32,000 nt of DNA from Candidatus Kuenenia stuttgartensis (GTDB taxonomy: Bacteria; Planctomycetota; Brocadiia; Brocadiales; Brocadiaceae): the NCBI RefSeq assembly GCF_900232105.1, contig NZ_LT934425.1, forward strand, positions 570,001-602,000. The letters run 5' to 3'. The notes under the pieces are model-generated. The model saw only the letters and a list, made by a program, of their open reading frames with translations. It had not been told where the DNA came from and made no database searches. A program made the position numbers and the translations under genes. Position 1 is the stretch's first letter, and each line of letters begins with the position of its first letter. This document shows, piece by piece, positions 10,199 through 19,000 of the stretch.

Positions 10199-11052
10199 AA
10201 TAATCACTCCCTTTCTGTATTAAAATCAGAATTGTCTTGCGCAGGTGCATGATGTTTTATCCTAAGCAAACCAAAGACCAAAAAATTCGTAACGGATATT
10301 TCGATTTCATTGCTAACTGTTTAAAGCGAAAAAATATAAATATAAATTTGGAATAAAAATAATGATTCTCCGCTATTTTGCCGGAACTCCTGTCGATATC
10401 CTGTGAAAACTACTGTATGCTTTATAGAGAGCACGTCCGGTAGAATAGTTGAGGATTATACTACACATAGACAAGACAAGCTTAAGTGAAATGGTTTCAG
10501 GAAAATATTCTTATGCAGAATTTGCGTGATTGTATGCAATACCACGAAGTAAATGATATGCTGATATGACTGGTTATTGGAGGATATTCCATCTCCACAA
10601 TGCTAAGTAATAATAATATTACTTAGGTTTACTAAGCAGGAATTTGTGTAACAACAAATTTTGCTTATTATTTTTAACGCATGATTTGCGTGACTACAGA
10701 TTTCTTCGATATTAATTGATGCAGTTTGGTAATGGCAAGCCCGGGAAAAATATCTTCATTCCTTTTCGAATGTTCAGGATGTTGCAGATAATGACAACGA
10801 GACCATTGTTAACAGAAAATATCAGAGAAGTTGAGATAGATACTTAAACTCCAATGAATAGGTTTCCTCTCAACATTTTTAACGCAAGATTTGCGTGATT
10901 ATTGATTTTCTGTAAATATTTAGTATTTACAAAGGACTGAAGATGCACCGTAACTATTCAGCGTAATTTATTAAACTACCGGAGATCAGAGCGCGACTCT
11001 TTCCCAAACCTTGTACTGAACATATTGAAGTATCTGTTTGGGAACGTAATTG

Positions 11053-11075
11053 CACTGGAAACTTTGTTTCCAGTG
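11053..11075. repeat. perfect short hairpin (10-bp stem, 3-nt loop)
   Basis: CACTGGAAAC-TTT-GTTTCCAGTG. Confidence 0.8.
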
Positions 11076-11145
11076 AGGGTCTGACTTGACAAATTACAAA
11101 CTGCCTTAACCCTGTGATTTTATTCCCTATCTATCAGCAAACAGA

Positions 11146-11165
11146 CGAGAAACCGGAGTTTCTCG
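11146..11165. repeat. perfect short hairpin (8-bp stem, 4-nt loop)
   Basis: CGAGAAAC-CGGA-GTTTCTCG. Confidence 0.8.
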
Positions 11166-11175
11166 AACAAATGCA

Positions 11176-11197
11176 TTCCCAAACTGGAGTTTGGGAA
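11176..11197. repeat. palindromic element TTCCCAAACT-GG-AGTTTGGGAA
   Basis: Perfect 10-nt inverted arms around GG. Related half-elements 'TTTGGGAACGTAA' (about 11037) and 'TTCGGGAACGTAA' (about 11254) lie nearby. Confidence 0.8.
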
Positions 11198-11779
11198 CGA
11201 GCCGTGTATCGTTTACGCTGAATAGTTACGATGCACCTCTCTCAAACTTGCTGTTCGGGAACGTAAAGGTGACGGAAACTACATTCGTGGGTTCACTCAC
11301 TCATTAGAAGGCTTTTGTCAAGGACAAAATATCTCCGGTCGCAAAAATATCTACATTTTCACGTTTTGAATACCCCTCCAAGTACGGAATCGCTCTTACT
11401 GCTGTTTACGAAAATGACTATACCGTTCACGTTTATCTACGCCCGTGGTATTTCGCAATTGTTTTGGTATCGTTCTCATCCGCACCATTCACCCATCGGG
11501 ATCAAGGCTTTGTGAAAGACTTTCTCACCGCCCCTGACTTATCTTCTGTCCCAGAAAACCATCGGTTCCATACCAGTGTCCAATCGTTATTCACAGAATA
11601 TTCGGCTCTACGGCCAAAACCTCACGGCTCATGGTATGGGCAGATCAGAATGGAATATTCTTTTTCGCCGATTCCTTTACCGGCACAACTCATAATAAAA
11701 GGTGGAACAACTTCCAATCAGGTTTCATGGATTGGTTACCTAACCCGCAACCGGTTCCTTGCACCACCTAATCTGCTTG

Positions 11780-12796
11780 CTACCCAAACATTTTTTTCTC
11801 GTCGTAGTTTACTTGCTCCTTTATTATGTAATAACATGCCCTGGCCAGCTTATTGCTCAAGGCTTTCGTTGCCAGAACTACATGGCTCTTTGACGCCTTC
11901 CTCTGATGCCATTTCCTTCCCTTTTCGCAAAATCTTACGTGAAAATGCGCTGCCTCCACATACGCCCACGCAAGGTATTTATTCCCGTTCTTACGGTTTC
12001 CTTTCCCTTTGCTCTTACCATTCGATAATTTTTTTGCCGATACGCATCTGCAATAAGATGAATACATCCCCACATCACTAAATCGCTCTATGTTCCCAGT
12101 CTCCAGCATTATCGTCATTGCCAGGATTTCGCCTATCCCTGGCACCTTGAGCAATTTCTTATACGGCTTCTTTAGCTTCACCTCCTTTAATACCGCTTTC
12201 TCTATCTTGTATATCTGCTTATTTAATACCTCTATTACCTCGTGATCGCACTGTGCTGACATGGTCAAATGCACGTCGCTGAACATCCCCATTACCTCTT
12301 CGTTACTCAGCTTCTTTATCGTATCACCGCTTATCGGTACTCCTTTGTTACGGTTTACCATCGTTTGCATACTCAATATATGCGCTGTCCTTTGTTGTAC
12401 CAACATCATCCGCTTCCTCAGTAAATCCCTCACTGACCGCGTCTCTTTGGGATAAATATATCCCTCTGGTAATATCTTTAACCGTAACATCTTTGCCAAC
12501 CAAAACGAATCCCTCGTGTCGTCAATGTACTTTAATCCCTCATACTGCTGCATTGCCGATGTATTTGCCAGGTGTACCTGATAGCCTGCCTCCATCAGAC
12601 CATCCACTATCCAGTACCAGTTAAAGGTCGATTCTACTACTATACCCTTTATTTCTTTTTTGTATGGCTCTAATACGCGCTTTATTTCATTGATGTCATT
12701 ACGGTTTCTCCTCTTGAATACCTTCCGATCCTCCTCATCGAGTATTCCAATATAATTATTATCACCATGTAAATCTATTCCTACGAAATATCCCAT
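11780..12796 (-). CDS. IS110-family transposase (DEDD/RuvC-like, Transposase_20)
   Basis: Start at Met 12796 behind AAGGAGGG. 'MGYFVGIDLHGDNNYIGILDEE', 'VVESTFNWYWIVDGLMEAGYQVHLANTSAMQQYEGLKYIDDTRDSFWLAKMLRL', 'LLKVPGIGEILAMTIMLETGNIERFSDVGMYSSYCRCVSAKKLSNGKSKGKGNRKNGNKYLAWAYVEAA': classic IS110 N- and C-terminal domains, apparently intact. Confidence 0.93.
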   Translation of the reverse strand: MGYFVGIDLHGDNNYIGILDEEDRKVFKRRNRNDINEIKRVLEPYKKEIKGIVVESTFNWYWIVDGLMEAGYQVHLANTSAMQQYEGLKYIDDTRDSFWLAKMLRLKILPEGYIYPKETRSVRDLLRKRMMLVQQRTAHILSMQTMVNRNKGVPISGDTIKKLSNEEVMGMFSDVHLTMSAQCDHEVIEVLNKQIYKIEKAVLKEVKLKKPYKKLLKVPGIGEILAMTIMLETGNIERFSDVGMYSSYCRCVSAKKLSNGKSKGKGNRKNGNKYLAWAYVEAAHFHVRFCEKGRKWHQRKASKSHVVLATKALSNKLARACYYIIKEQVNYDEKKMFG

Positions 12797-13057
12797 TGCT
12801 CGCTCCCTCCTTACTTTGTTATTATTTAACAATCGCCTTTCACGGTATCCTCCATTTTACCATGAAGAGTGCGCTCGGAGGTGCCTTCTATATGATTATC
12901 AGGTTTGTAACCTGAACCAAACGTTTTATGCTTTCAATCCCGCCTTCTATTAGCAGAAAAATGGCAAAATGTATCAGGAGCATCCCTGCTCCTGATTGCA
13001 ACCCACCGGGAATAACTTAGAAATGGTTTCAAAACACGTCTTTACCGCTTGAAAATG
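12797..13057 (-). ncRNA. putative IS110 non-coding end / candidate bridge RNA region
   Basis: About 260 bp of ORF-free sequence immediately upstream of the IS110 transposase, with perfect hairpins TCAGGTT-TGT-AACCTGA (12899-12915) and ATCAGGAGCA-TCCC-TGCTCCTGAT (12973-12996), plus a CCTCC...GGAGG pairing (about 12849-12881). IS110-group elements encode their bridge RNA upstream of the transposase. Exact RNA and IS ends not determined. Confidence 0.45.
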
Positions 13058-13080
13058 AAAAAAACAACCCTGACAGGGTT
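13058..13080 (-). terminator. Rho-independent terminator of the giant ORF
   Basis: Minus strand AACCCT-GTC-AGGGTT-GTTTTTTT, beginning 4 nt after the stop codon at 13085-13087. Confidence 0.7.
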
Positions 13081-13084
13081 AATC

Positions 13085-16000
13085 CTAATTCATCATAACC
13101 ACTTCCAGCGGAATCGTGTCGGACAATGTGTCTTTATTAAACAATAACAACACTTCCTCTTTACTTAATGCCTGATTATAAATGCGGACTTCATCTATGC
13201 TTCCACGGAAAAATCCCCAGTCGGTATATCTTGTTCCTATGGCCATATAATTCCGACTCGTTAATGGCACTATCACATTCCCCGATGGATGTGTTTGTGT
13301 ATCCGCCAACTGCCCGTCCACATATAACTTCTGTTCTCCCGTAGTCTTGTTGTATGTACCAACAACATGATACCAACTCCCATTCGAATCGGTAAAATCC
13401 TTTGTTGCATCTTTTACTGTCCTTGTCCCGCTTGTATTCCTTGTGACCACGACAAACCGAAGTCTGTTGGGCGTACCCGAATTAAAATACAAGTCAAATC
13501 CTTCCTGCAATTGCACATCAGCATTATATATAAAACCACCAAATATAACGCTAGTGCCAGATGCATTTTTATTGAACCATGCAGATACTGAAATCTCATC
13601 ATAATTCATTCTAGGAATTGTTACATAATCATTCCCGTCAAAATTCAATGCGCCACCGATTTTTCCCGTTGTCCATGTAGCTCCGGTAATTGTACCATTT
13701 CTGTTATTACCTGACGAATCCGTTGCAGTCGTTCCTCTCCCTTCATCAAATGTATAGTAGGCCTGCTGAGTCGTGTCCTGTGCAGCACCAGTGGTAAAGC
13801 TCCATGTGTAATTGGCCGCCATCGCATTCCCCGCCACATCCTTTACCCCCGTGGTAACCGTCACTGTGTACATTGTAGAATATGCCAGTGTACCTGACGG
13901 TGTAAACGTGACCGTCGTATCACTGCACGATACCGTTCCTCCTATAGTACCGTTCCCGTCACTCACCAGAAATGTTGACTGTGTTATGCTGCCGGCTTCC
14001 ATCGCCTCGCTGAACGTGCCGGTGATGACACTATCAATGGCAACATTGGTCGCACCATTTGCAGGACTTGTTGCGCTCACCGTCGGCGGCGTCGTGTCGG
14101 GCGCTGCACCAGTGGTAAAGCTCAATGTGTAATTGGCCGCCATCGCATTCCCTGACACATCCTTTACCCCTGTGGTAACCGTTACTGTGTACATCGTAGA
14201 ATATGCCAGACTACCTGACGGCGTAAACGTGGCAGTCGTACCGCTGTATGATACCGTTCCTCCTATAGTGCCGCTCCCGCCACTCACCAGAAATGTTGAC
14301 TGTGTTATGCTGCCGGCATCCATTGCCTCGCTAAACGTGCCGGTGATGACACTATCAATGGCAACATTGGTCGCACCATTTGCAGGACTTGTTGTGCTCA
14401 CCTCCGGCGGCGTCGTATCGGGCGCTGCATCAGTGGTAAAGCTCAATGTGTAATTGGCCGCCATCGCATTCCCTGACACATCCTTTACCCCTGTGGTAAC
14501 CGTTACTGTGTACGTCGTAGAATATGCCAGTGTGCCTGACGGAGTAAACGTGACCGTCGTATCACTGCACGATACCGTTCCTCCTATAGTACCGTTCCCG
14601 TCACTCACCAGAAATGTTGACTGTGTTATGCTGCCGGCTTCCATTGCCTCGCTAAACGTGCCGGTGATGACACTATCAATGGCAACATTGGTCGCACCAT
14701 TTGCAGGACTTGTTGTGCTCACCTCCGGCGGCGTCGTATCGGGCGCTGCACCAGTGGTAAAGCTCAATGTGTAATTGGCCGCCATCGCATTCCCTGACAC
14801 ATCCTTTACCCCTGTGGTAACCGTTACTGTGTACATCGTAGAATATGCCAGACTACCTGACGGCGTAAACGTGGCTGTCGTTCCGTTGTACGATACCGTT
14901 CCTCCTATAGTGCCGCTCCCGCCACTCACCAGAAATGTTGACTGTGTTATGCTGCCGGCTTCCATCGCCTCGCTGAACGTGCCGGTGATGACACTATCAA
15001 TGGCAACATTGGTCGCACCATTTGCAGGACTTGTTGTGCTCACCTCCGGTGGCGTCGTGTCGGGACTTACAGTGTCATTAAACAAAGACAACACCTCCTG
15101 GTCGCTCAGAGCCCGATTGTAAACCCGAACCTCGTCGACCTTACCGTCCATATAACCATTATTAACCCTTGAATACCCTATCCTCATATCTGAATAGGAC
15201 GTCAGTGGCACTATTGTGTTCCCTGCAGGATGGAGTTGGGTATTAACTAGCTGTCCATCTACATATAGCTTCTGTTCTCCTGTAGTTTTATTATACGTAC
15301 CTGCAGCGTAATGCCAATTACCAACTGAATTGCTAAAACTATACGTTCCTGTCTTAGTTGTCCTGGTTCCACTCACATTTTTTGACGTTAATATAAAATC
15401 AAGTCTGTCTGGAGAACTCGGATAAAATCGTAAATCAAAACCCTCCTGCTGTTGTAAGTTTGAACTCCATCTCCATCCACCGAATATGGCATCAGCGTTC
15501 GTCGTGTCATTTGCATTTTTATAAAACCATGCAGAAACCGAAATCTCGTCATAGTTTAAACGGGGAATCGATACATAATTGCTTGTACCGTTAAAACCCA
15601 AAGCCCCGCCGATTTTCCCTGTTGTCCATGTGGCTCCGGTAATTGTGCCATTTCTGTTATTACCCGACGAATCCGTTGCAGTCGCTCCCGTCCCTTCATC
15701 AAATGCATAGTGTGCCTGCAGAGTTGAGTCAGGCGATGCTCCCGTGGTAAAGCTCCAGACGTAATCGGCGTCCATACCATTGCCCGCCACATCCTTTACC
15801 CCTGTGGTAATCGTAGCCGTGTAGGTGGTGGATGAGGACAGGTTGCCAGACGGGGTAAACGTGGCAGTCGTACCGCTGTATGATACCGTTCCTCCTATAG
15901 TGCCGCTCCCGCCACTCACCAGAAATGTTGACTGTGTTATGCTGCCGGCATCCATTGCCTCGCTAAACGTGCCGGTGATGACACTATCAATGGCAACATT

Positions 16001-19000
16001 GGTCGCACCATTTGCAGGACTTGTTGTGCTCACCTCCGGCGGCGTCGTATCGGGCGCTGCATCAGTGGTAAAGCTCAATGTGTAATTGGCCGCCATCGCA
16101 TTCCCTGACACATCCTTTACCCCTGTGGTAACCGTTACTGTGTACATCGTAGAATATGCCAGACTACCTGACGGCGTAAACGTGGCTGTCGTTCCGTTGT
16201 ACGATACCGTTCCTCCTATAGTACCGCTCCCGCCACTCACCAGAAATGTTGACTGTGTTATGCTGCCGGCCTCCATTGCCTCACTGAACGTGCCGGTGAT
16301 GACACTATCAATGGCAACATTGGTCGCACCATTTGCAGGACTTGTTGTGCTCACCTCCGGTGGCGTCGTGTCGGGACTTACAGTGTCATTAAACAAAGAC
16401 AACACCTCCTGGTCGCTCAAAGCCCGATTGTAAACCCGAACCTCGTCGACCTTACCGTCCATATAACCATTATTAACCCTTGAATACCCTATCCTCATAT
16501 CTGAATAGGACGTCAGTGGCACTATTGTGTTCCCCGCAGGATGGAGTTGGGTATTAACTAGCTGTCCATCTACATATAGCTTCTGTTCTCCTGTAGTTTT
16601 ATTATACGTACCTGCAGCGTAATGCCAATTACCAACTGAATTGCTAAAACTATACGTTCCTGTCTTAGTTATCCTGGTTCCACTCACATTTTTTGACGTT
16701 AATATAAAATTAAGTGTGTTCGGGGAACTCTGATGAAATCGTAAATCAAAACCCTCCTGCTGTTGTAAGTTTGAACTCCATCTCCATCCACCGAATATGG
16801 CATCAGCGTTCGCCGTGTCATTTGCATTTTTATAAAACCACGCAGAAACCGAAATCTCGTCATAGTTTAAACGGGGAATCGATACATAATTGCTTGTACC
16901 GTTAAAACCCAAAGCCCCGCCGATTTTCCCTGTTGTCCATGTGGCTCCGGTAATTGTGCCATTTCTGTTATTACCCGACGAATCCGTTGCAGTCGCTCCA
17001 CTACCATCGTCAAACGCATAAAAAGCATGCAAAGCGCTGGATGTATCAGTTGATGGCATACCACTTGATGTTGTAAAGGACATTTTACTCCCATATGTCG
17101 TACCAGCACTGTTCTGCGCCGCTATCCTGTAATAATAAGTCTTTCCTGCCGATAATCCACTTATACCGATGCTTATCGTTGCCTCGTTCGACCCACCCGC
17201 ACTCTGCGTTGATGATTTACTGCCATAAGACCCGCTGGTCTCTCCATACTCGAACCACACCGTTGTCAATAACCCACCGGCATTCACCGTACCATTCAAT
17301 GTAGCAGTGCCAGACGTTACATCAGTTGCTGACCCTGTCGTCGCCGTCGGAATGGTGCCGTCAGGAGTGGTAGCACCAGTATAGATCACGGTAATCGTGT
17401 CTGTCTCCGTATTGCCTGCCCCATCTGTGGCTGTTATCGTGATTATATTCTCTCCACCTGATAAGCCTATGCCGGAAATATTCCAGCTTGTGCTTCCACT
17501 GGCCGTACCGCTTACACCCTTATTATTACTCCACGTTACACTGCTTACACCACTGGCACTATCTGAGGCATTGCCACCCAGGTTTATCATGCTGCTGGTA
17601 GTCTCATAGGTAGCGCTTGAAGTAGGACTGGTTATGGTTGCCACAGGATTGACCGTATCCAGAATGATAGAATCACTGGACGCTTCTGACACATTCCCTG
17701 CGGCATCCTTATACCACACATAGACCATCTTAGTACCATCCCCGCTGCTCAACGTATAGGAAACATCTTCGGTGTAACTGATAGAAGAAGTGACGGACGT
17801 CCACCCAGTGGCTGATGCTGATGGCGTCATGGAACTGGTAGAAAGGAAATATCCCGCCACCCCTACATTATCCGTTGCCGAAAGCGTCAGGGTTACTGTC
17901 CTTGAACCGATATAGGCATCGCCACTGTTTATACTGATCGAACAATTCGGCGCGGTGGTATCAGCGACAGAGGTTGATGACGGTGGCGGCAATTTCCATG
18001 TGCCGGCGAAAGAGCTTATGTAGACATAACTATTGTAAGGATTGACTGATATACCATGGATATTGATATCTGAACCCAGATTCCCATTAATATTCGTCCA
18101 GGTCATTCCATAATCGGTTGAACGAAAAATACCGTTTGAATGACCATACCATGAAGCATAAGCGGCTGCATACACCACATTGGGGTTGTTTGGGTCTACG
18201 GCTACTGAATTGATATCTTCGTATCCGTACCTGCTTTTAGTAATACCGTTGGCATTACCTCGGTATATCGTCTCTCCGCCATTGGCGCTTGTGTCTGTTA
18301 TGATATAGATACCTTCATTCCTCACCGCAGCATAGATTCTGTTTTGGTTTGTGGGGTCTATGGCAATTTGTTTAATATGATTACCACTTTTAACAGGTAT
18401 TGATGGATATAGGTTTGTCGCCGACCACGTGCTTCCTTTATCTGTGGATTTTTGAATATACCAATTACCGGTAGTACCATCTTTCCCCCAGGTATATACA
18501 ATGTCGCCATTCCCCTGAAACATGCCAAGGACGACTTTTGAATTCGCTACTGCAACATACGCATTAGATGTTCTTATATTATCAAACCTGTATTTGCCCG
18601 CATAAAGAATGTTATTATTTTGCGGATGGAAACTCATTAAACAATTTAACCAGTCATTTTCCCCCCCTTCAGTCCCGGATATAGCAGCAAAGGAATCTCC
18701 GCTATTTCTTGATACGGCAACTTTATATTCACCATCTGTCCAATTTCCATTAATTTCAACAATAATATTCCCCTTTATTGCCCCGCCAGCCGCAGATCCT
18801 TTTGGCGTGGCGGTTGAAATACTCTTAAAAGTATCCTCGCCATCCGTTGTTAGCATCGGCCCAAAGTCCATATGGAAAGTTGCCAATACATTTGGATCAT
18901 CTCTATCCCATCCAAACAGAGACGGACTGCTCACTATCCCAGCAGAGCCGGTATAGCCTGTATTTGAATACTTCCAGGTAACACCTCCGTTAGTAGTCTT

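Larger units (their letters stand above)
10942..11237. repeat. MITE-like 296-bp segment bounded by 25-bp inverted repeats (23/25 matching)
   Basis: Left GATGCACCGTAACTATTCAGCGTAA (10942-10966); the right end 11213-11237 is TTACGCTGAATAGTTACGATGCACC, whose reverse complement is GGTGCATCGTAACTATTCAGCGTAA. The inner 18 nt (10949-10966 / 11213-11230) match perfectly. No convincing target-site duplication and no internal ORF. Confidence 0.6.

Noticed and set aside
11464-12081. 205-aa plus-strand ORF and 11315..11515
   Set aside because: Pro/Ser/Leu-rich low-information translations. The larger overlaps the conserved 3' part of the IS110 transposase antisense, and there is no recognisable domain.
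12796-12832. Upstream extension of the transposase (MLNNNKVRRERA)
   Set aside because: The strong AAGGAGGG Shine-Dalgarno lies inside this extension and points to Met 12796 as the start.
13775-16369. Tandem repeats as a possible CRISPR array
   Set aside because: The 321-bp units are in-frame coding repeats with no spacers and no cas genes.
13812-16433. Plus-strand ORFs of 86-115 aa (MAAIAFPDTSFTPVVTVTVY...) repeated every 321 bp
   Set aside because: Exact antisense shadows of the Ig-like repeats in the giant minus-strand ORF. Their periodicity is explained by the 107-aa coding repeat.
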